61,040 bases of DNA from Desulfobacteraceae bacterium (GTDB lineage Bacteria; Desulfobacterota; Desulfobacteria; Desulfobacterales; Desulfococcaceae): NCBI GenBank assembly GCA_041642315.1, contig JBEPWQ010000001.1, positions 1 through 61,040 of the forward strand, in the 5' to 3' direction. Below the pieces are notes generated by a model, which worked only from the letters and a program-made list of their open reading frames with translations, was not told where the DNA came from and did not search any database. A program made the position numbers and the translations under genes. Below, piece by piece: positions 45,983 to 55,199 of this stretch (positions are counted from its first letter, which is position 1; every line of letters starts with the position of its first letter).

Positions 45983-46972
45983 TCAGAGCACCTCGGTCAT
46001 CCGCAGCACATCTTCCTGTTTTCCAAGCACCACGATGACATCCCCCGCCTCAAGGGTTTCCGTCGCCATCGGATTGAAGATCATGTTTCCCGAGGCCTGT
46101 TTGATTGCCACGATAATGACCCCGAAATCCCGGCGAAGATGGCTGTCGATGAGATTCTTTCCAATCAGGCCCGACCCCGGCCGGATTTTGGCTTCTTCCA
46201 TCAAAAGCCCCAGCTTGTTGGACATGGTGGCGATGTCGATAAAATCCACCACCGTGGGCCGCCTGAGGACCTGGGCCATGCGGCGCCCCCCCAGGTAATA
46301 GGGGGACACCACCCGGGTGGCCCCGGCCCGTTTCAGCTTTTCTTCGTTTTTGACATCCGATGTCCGGGACAGGACGAAAAGATCCGGTCGAATGCCCTTG
46401 GCCGTGAGAGTGATAAATACGTTGTTGGCATCCGAGCGCACCGCGGTCACCAGCCCCTTTGCTTTCATCACCCCTGCCTTGATCAGGGCCTCGTCGGTGG
46501 TGGCATCCATCTGAATGAACAGGTATCCCTGTTTTTCCAGGGTGGCCACAGCAGAATCCTCCTGCTCGATAACCACGAAATCGACCTGGTCAGCCAGCAG
46601 TTCCCTGCAGATGATGCGTCCGATGCGTCCGTACCCGCAGATAATGAAGTGATCGTTCAGGTTTTTTATCTGTTGTTCCACTCTTCGCCTTTCAAAACTT
46701 TTTCTTAGTTCCCCCTCGATAAACATGCGAACCAGGATACCGATGGAATAGGCCCCCACTGAAATGGAGGCGATGATGACCACCATGGTCAGGATGCGCC
46801 CCTGTAAGGTGAGAGGCTGGATCTCCGAAAATCCGACGGTGCTGATTGTGATGATGGTCATATAGAGGGCATCGAAAAAGGACATCTTTTCGACCATCGC
46901 ATAACCGAGCGTGCCGAAAGCGAGGATGCCGATCAGAATGACCAGCGAGGAATGTAACCGTTTGAATGCCAT
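45983..46972 (-). CDS. Two-TM pore cation channel with cytoplasmic RCK (TrkA-N + TrkA-C) domains; atypical filter TVGFSE
   Basis: M1, pore helix FFDALYMTIITISTVGFSE, M2. Rossmann motif IICGYGRIGRI, C-terminal TrkA-C-like domain. The start abuts the stop of the upstream kinase gene. Confidence 0.85.
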   Translation of the reverse strand: MAFKRLHSSLVILIGILAFGTLGYAMVEKMSFFDALYMTIITISTVGFSEIQPLTLQGRILTMVVIIASISVGAYSIGILVRMFIEGELRKSFERRRVEQQIKNLNDHFIICGYGRIGRIICRELLADQVDFVVIEQEDSAVATLEKQGYLFIQMDATTDEALIKAGVMKAKGLVTAVRSDANNVFITLTAKGIRPDLFVLSRTSDVKNEEKLKRAGATRVVSPYYLGGRRMAQVLRRPTVVDFIDIATMSNKLGLLMEEAKIRPGSGLIGKNLIDSHLRRDFGVIIVAIKQASGNMIFNPMATETLEAGDVIVVLGKQEDVLRMTEVL

Positions 46973-48631
46973 CTACTTATCGACCGGTTCAACCGTTTCC
47001 TTCAGAATCTCCGAGACTTTTGAATGAGGAAGCCCCAAATTTTCGGATATTTCTTCCACCAGTTCCTGAAAAGGGATCGGGTCGGGCTGATGGGCGGCGC
47101 GGGTTTTGAAAATCATTCCGCGCTGCTTGAGCACCACCGGTGTCGGATCCGAGGTCAGGTGAGGATGCACTATGGCATTGGCGGCTCGAAGCCGATCGGT
47201 TAAGGTGGAAACGATCTTTTCGATGTAAGGCGGGAGGTTCTTCAGGTTTTGTGCCAGTACCTCCTCCGTAACGACCGCCACTTCCGTGGATTCAACGGCC
47301 ATTACATGGGCGGATCGGGGCTCTCCGGTGATAAGCGACATTTCCCCTACAATATGGCCCGGTGTCAGGGTGCTCAAAAAAATTTTCTGTCCGTTGACCT
47401 GCCGGTAGACCAGTACCTTCCCCGCGAGTATCTGATAGGCTTCATGGCCGATTTCCCCTTCCCGCATGAGGACCTTGCCGGGGGGGAATCGTTTTTTTTG
47501 TCGAACAGCGCACTTCCCGGAGATGTGATCATCCAGGTCCTGAATCAATTCATCGATTTCAGGATACCGGTTTTCGGGTTTGGAGTTCATCGCCTTTTGA
47601 ATGATTCGGCACATTTCTTCGGGCAACCCCTTGCCGGAATGCCAGGGTTTGATGCCGGCCGCCTCCCCGGTTTTGGCTTTTGCGAGGATTTCATTAAAAT
47701 GGTTGCCGCTGTATGGCGGAGAGAGGGTGAAGATATGGAACAGTGTCGCACCCAGCAGAAATATGTCGGTGCGTTTATCCAGATGGCGAAGCGCCCCGGT
47801 GGCCTGCTCCGGAGACATATACGCGGGAGATCCGGTAATGCCGGCCCTCGGCCTCGCCTGTCGGGCGTGAAGATCGGTCAGGAAAAGACGAATGTCCGGA
47901 TTGTTGACCTGCGCGGGGTCTCCGATAAAGCGGGAAATTCCCCAGTCCATGAGAAACACCTCGCCGAATCGGCCGACCAGAATATTATGGGGTTTGATGT
48001 CCAGGTGGATGATATCTTTGGAGTGGGCGAATGCCACGGCATCGCATACTTTCCTGAAGATGTTCAGCAGATGAAAGAGGGTGTATTTTTCGACATAGGC
48101 GGGGTTTTTGTTTTTGATTTCAGCCAAAATGGTATTCAAATTATCCCCTTGGGCCAGTTTCATGGTGAAATAGGGTCCCCTGTCTTTCAGAGTCCCGAAT
48201 TCATGAACGGGAAGAATATTGGGATGTTCCAGATATCCGGTAATTCGAGCTTCGTTGATGAAATTCCGAAGGGCCTCGGGATCATTTTTGAGTTCGGGAA
48301 GAGCGATCTTCATGGCCGAAATCCGTTTCAGATCCCGGTCGAGGACGCGGTATATTTCACCCATTCCCCCTGAAAAACATTTTTCCCGGAATTGGTATTT
48401 GGGCCGATCGCCGAGACCGCCTGGAATCGGCTCCGAAGGCGAATCGGTTCTGTGATTCTTTCGATCATTTCCCGCCAAAGGCGAAAGGTATTCGGGTATC
48501 GTTACCGTATTTTCAAAAGTGGGAGAGTGATCAGCGGCGCGAGAGGACAGCGTCTGCGGGTTTTCCATTGTTTGAAGGGGATCGGCGGGTTTTCCCAGAG
48601 ATCGGATTCTGCGGTACAAAGCCCTGAACAT
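46973..48631 (-). CDS. Ser/Thr protein kinase fused to a C-terminal cyclic-nucleotide-binding domain
   Basis: GGMGEIYRV...AMK, HLDIKPHNILV, DWGISR, SPAYMSPE (Hanks motifs). The C-terminal FPPGKVLMREGEIGHEAYQILAGKVLVY...GEMSLITGEPRSAHV is a cNMP-binding fold. Confidence 0.9.
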   Translation of the reverse strand: MFRALYRRIRSLGKPADPLQTMENPQTLSSRAADHSPTFENTVTIPEYLSPLAGNDRKNHRTDSPSEPIPGGLGDRPKYQFREKCFSGGMGEIYRVLDRDLKRISAMKIALPELKNDPEALRNFINEARITGYLEHPNILPVHEFGTLKDRGPYFTMKLAQGDNLNTILAEIKNKNPAYVEKYTLFHLLNIFRKVCDAVAFAHSKDIIHLDIKPHNILVGRFGEVFLMDWGISRFIGDPAQVNNPDIRLFLTDLHARQARPRAGITGSPAYMSPEQATGALRHLDKRTDIFLLGATLFHIFTLSPPYSGNHFNEILAKAKTGEAAGIKPWHSGKGLPEEMCRIIQKAMNSKPENRYPEIDELIQDLDDHISGKCAVRQKKRFPPGKVLMREGEIGHEAYQILAGKVLVYRQVNGQKIFLSTLTPGHIVGEMSLITGEPRSAHVMAVESTEVAVVTEEVLAQNLKNLPPYIEKIVSTLTDRLRAANAIVHPHLTSDPTPVVLKQRGMIFKTRAAHQPDPIPFQELVEEISENLGLPHSKVSEILKETVEPVDK

Positions 48632-48712
48632 TTTGGTTCCTTGTTTTGATGGTTCGGCCTGAATCCGCCATAAGCCGAATTCTTGGAGAAAGCAAGGTAA
48701 AATTACATTCCG

Positions 48713-48738
48713 AAAAAAATCGGAACGGGAGATTCCGA
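48713..48738 (-). terminator. Intrinsic terminator after the sigma54 regulator gene
   Basis: Minus-strand mRNA: tcggaa-tctcccg-ttccga followed by seven U (plus-strand A run 48713-48719). Confidence 0.5.
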
Positions 48739-48770
48739 CTCTTCATGAAACGGGTTTCACGGGGCTCGGT

Positions 48771-50165
48771 CTATTTGAATGAATCCTTGTTGATGCGGTA
48801 TTTGGTGAGCAGTTTATGCATCTGGCGGGTGCTGATGCCGGCTTCCCCGGCCGATTCTTTTATCCTCCCGCGGTGTCGGGTCAGTACCTTTTCCAGGTAA
48901 CGGCGTTCGATGGATTCCACGCCTTTTTGACGGACCGCCGCCAGAGTCATGCCGGTATCAAACAGGAGTTGGGGCGGTGTGTCTTTTTGATCGAACAATT
49001 CCGCCGGAAAACTGTCCGGGGTGAGGATGCGGGTTGATTCCAGAATATAGGCCCTTTCAACGAGATTTTCCAGTTCCCGAATGTTGCCCGGCCAGTGGTA
49101 GCATTCAAAGGCTTCCATCACAGCGGGGTGAATACCGTGAACGGATTTGGCATAGTAGAGATTCAACCGCTTGAGGAAATATTCCACCAGGAGGGGAATG
49201 TCATTGAGCCGGTCCCGCAGGGGAGGGATTTCCACCGGGAACACATTGAGCCGGTAATACAAATCTTTTCGAAAGCTTCCGGCCTCGCTCGTGGTCTTTA
49301 GATCGGTATTGGATGCCGCAATGATTCGAACGTCGGCCTTGATAACTTCTTCTCCCCCCACCCGTTGAAATGTGCGGTCCTGAAGCACCTGAAGCAGTTT
49401 AATCTGGGCCGCCGGGGTGACCGTGCCGATTTCATCCAGGAATAGGGTGCCTTCCTGGGCGATTTCGAATTTTCCAAGTTTCCGTTTCACCGCCCCGGTG
49501 AAGGCGCCCTTTTCATGACCGAAGAGTTCGCTCTCCATAAGGGTATCCGGGATGGCTCCGCAATGAAGGCTGATGAAAGGCTGGTTTTTTCGGTTGCTGT
49601 GGCGATGAACCAGTCCGGCCATGATCCCTTTTCCCACGCCGGTTTCGCCGTAAAGCATCACCGTCGTCTTGGTCGGGGCTGCTGAACGGAGTTTGTCGAA
49701 GACCTGTTTCATCAGCGGGCTTCGGGTTCTCACGATTTCATGAGATTCGGTTTCCCAGAACTGGTCCCGAAGGTAATCGAGTTCGGAATCCTTTTTCCGG
49801 GCCCTATACAGGTGTTCGGTTACGAATTTGATTTCCGCGGAATTGAGCGGGTACGTCAGATAATCGCCGGCACCCGCCTTGACGGCCATTACCGCTTCTC
49901 GAATCAGGATCGGCTCCGTCATGATGATAATATCGGCGGAAGGGGAAAATCGCCAGAACGGCTGCAGAATATTCTGATAATTCTCTTTTGGAAATTCGCT
50001 GCGAAGAAGATCGAGATCTGCAAAAATCAGATCGATCCGCCTCTTTTGAAGCATTTTCAATCCATTTTCCCGGTCGGGGGACCGGTACATCGCATAGCCG
50101 GGCAGGCAGGAATCGATCTGCCGAAGTGCGTCTTCGGTTTTGGAAATCACCAGTGCGGGTTTCAT
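48771..50165 (-). CDS. Sigma54-dependent transcriptional activator with an atypical receiver domain
   Basis: AAA+ core GETGVGKG, GAFTGA, C-terminal Fis-type HTH. The receiver keeps the Asp (FADLDL) and Thr (IIMTE) but has LTYP instead of LTKP and ISKTED instead of the VDD acidic pocket. Confidence 0.9.
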   Translation of the reverse strand: MKPALVISKTEDALRQIDSCLPGYAMYRSPDRENGLKMLQKRRIDLIFADLDLLRSEFPKENYQNILQPFWRFSPSADIIIMTEPILIREAVMAVKAGAGDYLTYPLNSAEIKFVTEHLYRARKKDSELDYLRDQFWETESHEIVRTRSPLMKQVFDKLRSAAPTKTTVMLYGETGVGKGIMAGLVHRHSNRKNQPFISLHCGAIPDTLMESELFGHEKGAFTGAVKRKLGKFEIAQEGTLFLDEIGTVTPAAQIKLLQVLQDRTFQRVGGEEVIKADVRIIAASNTDLKTTSEAGSFRKDLYYRLNVFPVEIPPLRDRLNDIPLLVEYFLKRLNLYYAKSVHGIHPAVMEAFECYHWPGNIRELENLVERAYILESTRILTPDSFPAELFDQKDTPPQLLFDTGMTLAAVRQKGVESIERRYLEKVLTRHRGRIKESAGEAGISTRQMHKLLTKYRINKDSFK

Positions 50166-51637
50166 GAACCGTTTTCCTTGGGAGGAGTCAGGGCGGGCCC
50201 ATCCGGCTTTCTTTTCCGAACCTCATAGGTAACGGTCACTTTCTCTTTTGACCCCTGTGAAATTTTAAGACCGGCCGGTTCAAGCTCCAGCGGTACGGTG
50301 ACGACACCCGATTTGGTAATCCCATTCAGATCCACCCCTTCGGTGTAAATCGTGGTGATTCCGTCGATAAGGCGGTTTCCGGCCCGCACACGAATCGTTG
50401 CGGGATCGACCGAAGCTTTGGTAAGAATCAGGTCCGGGTCGAGCGTCCCGGTCCAGTTCACCTGAACCGGTAATTCCTTTCGGGCGATCTTGTCCAGAAA
50501 GAGTCGCACGGATGCGGGTTCCACCCGCCTCAACAGAATGCCCGGCGGTGTGGTGATGTTCTCAGGACCGATTGGAAGAATGTTTTCACCGATCTCAACC
50601 CGCTCCAGGTCCACCCGGGCCGTCAACTGCTCCGGACGCAGGGATTGTATCAGCTGCCCCGATCCGCTGAGATACAGCTGAACCCGATGTACCGAAGCGT
50701 CGATGATCTCCATGTCCGGGGCGCGGTTGTAAAATTCCACCGGCACCTCCAGCGAGATCAGGGTGTCGGCGCCGCGGGTGAGCTGAAACCAGACGGTGAA
50801 TACAAAAAAGAGAGAGAGCAGCGCCGCCAGGCCTGTTCTGGTTTTTTCCTTTTGAAAAAAACCGGTTCCTTTGGCGGTGGTTCCTGAATGGGTCCGTAAA
50901 AGGGAGATCAGGGTTTCCCGGTCCGGAACCGTTTGAATGGCATTGTTTTTAACGACGCTGGCCTCCCCCCGCTCCTCGGACACAATGACCACCAGGGCAT
51001 CGCTCATTTCACTCAACCCCAAGGCGGCGCGGTGCCGAGTGCCGTATCGAGAAGGGAGATCTTTTCGCCGGGAGAGGGGAAGGATGGTGCCCACACTCGA
51101 AATCCGGTCTCCCCGCACAATGGCGGCCCCGTCATGCACCGGGTTGTCTTGCCAGAAGATGCTGATCAGCATCTCCCGGGTGATGGTTCCGTTCCAGGGA
51201 ATGCCGTTTTCCACGATTTCCTTGAGATCGTCCTTGTTGGGAAACACCAGGAGGGCGCCTATGCGTTGCCTTCCCATCTCGAAGACGGTGTCCGCGATGA
51301 TTTCGTCGGGGGTGGCGTGCCGCCGTTTGGGCAGGCCCCAGAAGATGGATTTGAGGCTGTGGGTCGTGAATACCGAACGGATTTCGGTGCGGAAAACCAC
51401 CACGATGATCAGAGCCGTGACGGCGGTGACCCCCCGAATGGCCCAGCTGGTGACCACCAGGCCCAGAAACATGGCGATGACCTGAACGAGCTGTAAAAGG
51501 GCTAGTACCAGAAGAACCTGAACAATAGGGGTTCCCCGGAAAAGCACATAGAGGCGAAACAGGATATAGCTGTTGAGCAGGATGTCGATGACATCCTGCC
51601 ACTGGATGCTGTACAGCAATGTATTCAGAAAATTCAT
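50162..51637 (-). CDS. cdaA: Diadenylate cyclase CdaA fused to a YbbR(CdaR)-like repeat region
   Basis: Three N-terminal TM helices. The DAC domain has GALLVF, HDGAAIV, GTRHRAALGLSE, VVIVSEERGE. Then one TM helix and about 200 aa of YbbR-like beta repeats. ATGA overlap with the downstream regulator. Confidence 0.85.
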   Translation of the reverse strand: MNFLNTLLYSIQWQDVIDILLNSYILFRLYVLFRGTPIVQVLLVLALLQLVQVIAMFLGLVVTSWAIRGVTAVTALIIVVVFRTEIRSVFTTHSLKSIFWGLPKRRHATPDEIIADTVFEMGRQRIGALLVFPNKDDLKEIVENGIPWNGTITREMLISIFWQDNPVHDGAAIVRGDRISSVGTILPLSRRKDLPSRYGTRHRAALGLSEMSDALVVIVSEERGEASVVKNNAIQTVPDRETLISLLRTHSGTTAKGTGFFQKEKTRTGLAALLSLFFVFTVWFQLTRGADTLISLEVPVEFYNRAPDMEIIDASVHRVQLYLSGSGQLIQSLRPEQLTARVDLERVEIGENILPIGPENITTPPGILLRRVEPASVRLFLDKIARKELPVQVNWTGTLDPDLILTKASVDPATIRVRAGNRLIDGITTIYTEGVDLNGITKSGVVTVPLELEPAGLKISQGSKEKVTVTYEVRKRKPDGPALTPPKENGS

Positions 51638-51642
51638 AGGTA

Positions 51643-52092
51643 TTACCGAGTGACGCTGAACCGAAGTACCTCGAGGATCTTCTCATCGGGTCCTACAATC
51701 TCCACCCGCCAGGGGCCGATATCCGCGGCGCGAAGGTGGATGCTGCTGTATGCCGACCACTTGGGTGGATACAGAACCACCCGCCGAGTGGTGACCAGGT
51801 CGTCGCGCCGGTACCACTTGTAGTCGATCACGGTTTGCTCCGGTACGGGTGAAAAGGCGGTGAAACAGTAGACTTCTCCTATTGAAATCGAAAAAACGAC
51901 GGCGGGATGAACCGGTTGATACTCCTGGATGCCTTCGCACATCATCGCCCGAACCAGCTTCAGCCCGGGTTCGGCGGGCTTCGTCGGCTGAGATCCTTCC
52001 ATTTCGGTCTGGGCTTGAATCGGGGAGACGGAAAAAAAGGCCGTACACACCAAAAGGAGAATGATTTTTACATATGAATGCGACATGATCAT
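51643..52092 (-). CDS. DUF2914-family exported protein
   Basis: ORF track 51643-52443. I prefer ATG 52092 (MIMSHSYVKIILLLVCTAFFSVSPIQAQ signal peptide), which avoids overlap with the methyltransferase. The C-terminal W..R...W.VEI pattern is typical of DUF2914. Confidence 0.65.
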   Translation of the reverse strand: MIMSHSYVKIILLLVCTAFFSVSPIQAQTEMEGSQPTKPAEPGLKLVRAMMCEGIQEYQPVHPAVVFSISIGEVYCFTAFSPVPEQTVIDYKWYRRDDLVTTRRVVLYPPKWSAYSSIHLRAADIGPWRVEIVGPDEKILEVLRFSVTR

Positions 52093-52106
52093 ATCCCGTA
52101 TCGGAT

Positions 52107-52832
52107 TTACAGGGAGACAAAGCCGGCGGATTTGTTCAGGTACACCACCAGGCTTTTCCCCAGAACCGGATTGAGCAGATTTTCGAATACCCGGACCATT
52201 CGAGGCCGGTGCATCATATCCCAAACCAGAAGCCGGTGGTATAATTTTACCGGCAGGATCTCGTTTCGCTCGATTCCGATGAGGCATTTCAACCACCAGT
52301 AGGGGGTGTGAAGTCCGTGGGCCCAGTGGATATGCCAGGGGCGAACCCCGGCGCTTTCCAGAAGGGCGGTCAATTCTCTGCGGCGATAGATACGGATGTG
52401 GCCGCCCGCAGAATTCCAGTAAGGGGTGGAAAGGCGCCAGCATATCCGTTCCGGAAGATACCGGGGAACGCTCACCACCAGGTTTTTCAGGGGTTTCAGC
52501 ACTCGAACGATTTCAGAGACGGCGCCGTTCTGGTCCGGAACATGCTCCAGCACTTCAGAGCAGATCACCAGATCGAAGCTATTGTCGGGGAAGGGCAGAC
52601 GGGTAATATCGCTTACCCCCAGTGCCCAGCGTCCGCGGCATTCACCCAGTTCGTTCTGATAAATCATCCGATCCCTCGCCGACCGCAAATCCTCAAGGTT
52701 TCGGTCGAGGCCGATTACCTTCACACCGGCATATCGAAGGGCTTCACCCATGTGGCGGCCGGTTCCGCAACCGATATCGAGGATTCGGTCTCCCGGATAT
52801 ATCCGAAGCCTGGAAAAATCAACGGTGATCAT
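52107..52832 (-). CDS. Class I SAM-dependent methyltransferase
   Basis: ILDIGCGTGRH (motif I), FDLVICSEVLEHV (post-I/II). Confidence 0.85.
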   Translation of the reverse strand: MITVDFSRLRIYPGDRILDIGCGTGRHMGEALRYAGVKVIGLDRNLEDLRSARDRMIYQNELGECRGRWALGVSDITRLPFPDNSFDLVICSEVLEHVPDQNGAVSEIVRVLKPLKNLVVSVPRYLPERICWRLSTPYWNSAGGHIRIYRRRELTALLESAGVRPWHIHWAHGLHTPYWWLKCLIGIERNEILPVKLYHRLLVWDMMHRPRMVRVFENLLNPVLGKSLVVYLNKSAGFVSL

Positions 52833-54066
52833 GAATCGCCTCTCGGTAGGCCGCCACTGTTTTCTCCGCCGCCCGCCTCCAGGTAAAGTGCCTCAGGACC
52901 CTCCGGTAGCCCGCCCGGCCCAGCCGTTCGGCCAAATCAGGATCCCTCAGAAGGGCCTGTATGGCATCGGTTAATGCCTCCGGATCGGAGGGAGGGACCA
53001 GGATGCCGGCGTCTCCCACCACTTCCGGCAGGGCGCCGCCGGTGGTGCTGATGACCGGAAGCCCGCAGGCCATCGCCTCTCCGGCGGGAAGCCCGAATCC
53101 CTCATACACCGACGGCACCACCGCCATGGCGGCCTCGGCATACTGTCGAATGAATTCCTCGTCCCCGATTCTGCCGGTAAATCGGATTCGGTTTCCGATC
53201 CCCAGGCGGCGGATCAGTTTGACCACCCCGCCGTTCTCTTTGGGTCTTCCGATGACCACCAGTTGGATCGGGTATTCAGGAGGCAGTCTGGCGACGGCCT
53301 GAAGCAGATAATAGAGGCCTTTGAGCGGAATGTCCGCACTGTTGGTGACGATAATCCGCCCTTTTTTTCGGGAAATTCCCGGCAGAGGCCGAAAGAGATC
53401 GGTGTTGATACCGTTGGGAACCACCCGGAATCGACCTGCGGGGATTTTGAATTCCCGACTGATATCCCGTCGGGTGCATTCGGATACGGTAATGAGATGG
53501 GAAAATTTCCGGGAGATCCGCTTCTGCATTCCGATAAAAGAATACCATCGCCGGTGTTTGAATTTTTTCCAGGGGGATGTGACGGTCCTGACGGCGATAT
53601 CCCGATCCACGGTAATGGGGTGATGAATGGTGGCGATGGTGGGGACCCGCTGTTTGATGGCCCAAATACCGTACGAGAGGCTCTGATTGTCATGAACAAT
53701 ATCATACCGGTCAAATCGGTTTCGAAGATAGCGATAGGCCCGAAGCCCGAAAGTGAAGGGTTCGGGAAAACCCATGCTCGAGACCCCCATCCATTCCATC
53801 AGATTGATCGGATCGGACAGTTCCCGGGGCGACGGGGTCCGGAAGAGGGCGTCCGGGTTATAGAGATCCAGACCGGGAAGATAGGTGAGGTGAATTCCAT
53901 TGTGAAGAACCGGCGGGGGCGGTCCGGAAACGACCTCGACCTGATGACCCAGATGGGTCAGTCCCTGGCTCAGGTTTTTCACGTAGACCCCTTGCCCTCC
54001 GCAGTGGGGATTGCTTCGATAACTGAGTAGACAGATCTTCAGAGGTTCCGACTGATCCGGTGGCAT
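52819..54066 (-). CDS. Glycosyltransferase, GT4 family (GT-B fold)
   Basis: N-terminal CGGQGVYV, C-terminal EGFGLPAGEAMACGLPVIST (E-x7-E region). Confidence 0.85.
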   Translation of the reverse strand: MPPDQSEPLKICLLSYRSNPHCGGQGVYVKNLSQGLTHLGHQVEVVSGPPPPVLHNGIHLTYLPGLDLYNPDALFRTPSPRELSDPINLMEWMGVSSMGFPEPFTFGLRAYRYLRNRFDRYDIVHDNQSLSYGIWAIKQRVPTIATIHHPITVDRDIAVRTVTSPWKKFKHRRWYSFIGMQKRISRKFSHLITVSECTRRDISREFKIPAGRFRVVPNGINTDLFRPLPGISRKKGRIIVTNSADIPLKGLYYLLQAVARLPPEYPIQLVVIGRPKENGGVVKLIRRLGIGNRIRFTGRIGDEEFIRQYAEAAMAVVPSVYEGFGLPAGEAMACGLPVISTTGGALPEVVGDAGILVPPSDPEALTDAIQALLRDPDLAERLGRAGYRRVLRHFTWRRAAEKTVAAYREAIHDHR

Positions 54067-54278
54067 TCTCTTGATTCCGTTAATGATGATATTCTTTCGG
54101 TGATGTATCGGTGCGATTCAATTACCGCCACCCTTCACTTGCGTCAAGTCCTTTTTGGCTTGACCGGGCAATACGCTTGGGGGTACGATTCTTTTGAATT
54201 CAGAAGATTCCTGACTGAGGCGAAAGGCTGATCCGCACCGAGTGAAGCATTGCCGTAACGGCACCCGAAAAAACATAA

Positions 54279-55199
54279 ATGAAGCAGGAAACGGATTTTC
54301 CCGATAGCGTGAATCTGGTCGAGGTGGGACCCCGGGACGGGTTTCAGCTGGAGCGTCGAATCATTCCCCCGGATCTCAAGATCGAGATTATTCAGGGCCT
54401 GGTCGAATCCGGTTTGAAACAGATTCAGGTGGCCTCTTTCGTCGACCCGAAACGGGTTCCCCAGATGGCCGATGTCGAGGCGGTGATCCACAGACTCGAC
54501 CGCGCTGCGGGCTGTCTCTTCACCGGATTGGCCCTCAACCTCAGGGGGGTGGAGCGGGCCCATGCCGCCGGTCTGGATGCGGTGGAGATCTCCGTCTCCG
54601 CCAGCGACACCCACAGCCGGAAGAATGCGGGTCTATCGCTTTCAGAGGCGATCGAGGCCGGCGAAAAGATGATCCGGGCGGCCCGCGGCTTCGGAATGCG
54701 GATCATCGCCAGCATTCAATGCGCCTTCGGATGTGTCTACGAAGGGGCGGTTCCGGTAAACACCGTTTGGAATATGGCCCGTCGCCTTCAAGATACCGGT
54801 GTGGAGCGGATTTCTTTGGCGGATACCACCGGCATGGCCACACCCCGGTCGGTGGAAATCCTTCTTTCCGGTCTGCTGCCCGACCTCGGGGAAACGGCTG
54901 CCGGACTTCACCTTCATGACACCCGCGGGCTGGGTCTGGTCAATCTGATGATCGGATTGCGGCATGGGATTACCTGGTTCGATACCGCATTCGGAGGAAT
55001 GGGCGGTTGCCCTTTCGTGAACGGCGCCGCCGGAAATATTCCCACCGAGGATACCGATTTCCTTCTCACGTCGATCGGAATCCGTACCGGAATCGATCGA
55101 CGAAGGGTGTCCGCCTGTTCCCGAAAAATGGCGCATTTTTTAGAAAGATCCTTGCCCGGAAGGATATATCGGCTGGATGCCGACAATCAGAATCTATAA
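54279..55199 (+). CDS. Hydroxymethylglutaryl-CoA lyase
   Basis: VNLVEVGPRDGFQ, DAVEISVSASD, LADTTGMATP, LHLHDTRG and NIPTED motifs of the HMGL family. Confidence 0.85.
   Translation: MKQETDFPDSVNLVEVGPRDGFQLERRIIPPDLKIEIIQGLVESGLKQIQVASFVDPKRVPQMADVEAVIHRLDRAAGCLFTGLALNLRGVERAHAAGLDAVEISVSASDTHSRKNAGLSLSEAIEAGEKMIRAARGFGMRIIASIQCAFGCVYEGAVPVNTVWNMARRLQDTGVERISLADTTGMATPRSVEILLSGLLPDLGETAAGLHLHDTRGLGLVNLMIGLRHGITWFDTAFGGMGGCPFVNGAAGNIPTEDTDFLLTSIGIRTGIDRRRVSACSRKMAHFLERSLPGRIYRLDADNQNL

Noticed and set aside
46611-46630. Tandem 9-nt duplication gatgcgtcc-gatgcgtcc inside the channel gene
   Set aside because: It encodes GRIGRI within the GxGxxG Rossmann motif (ICGYGRIGRI), which is a normal TrkA-N sequence and not a slippage artefact.
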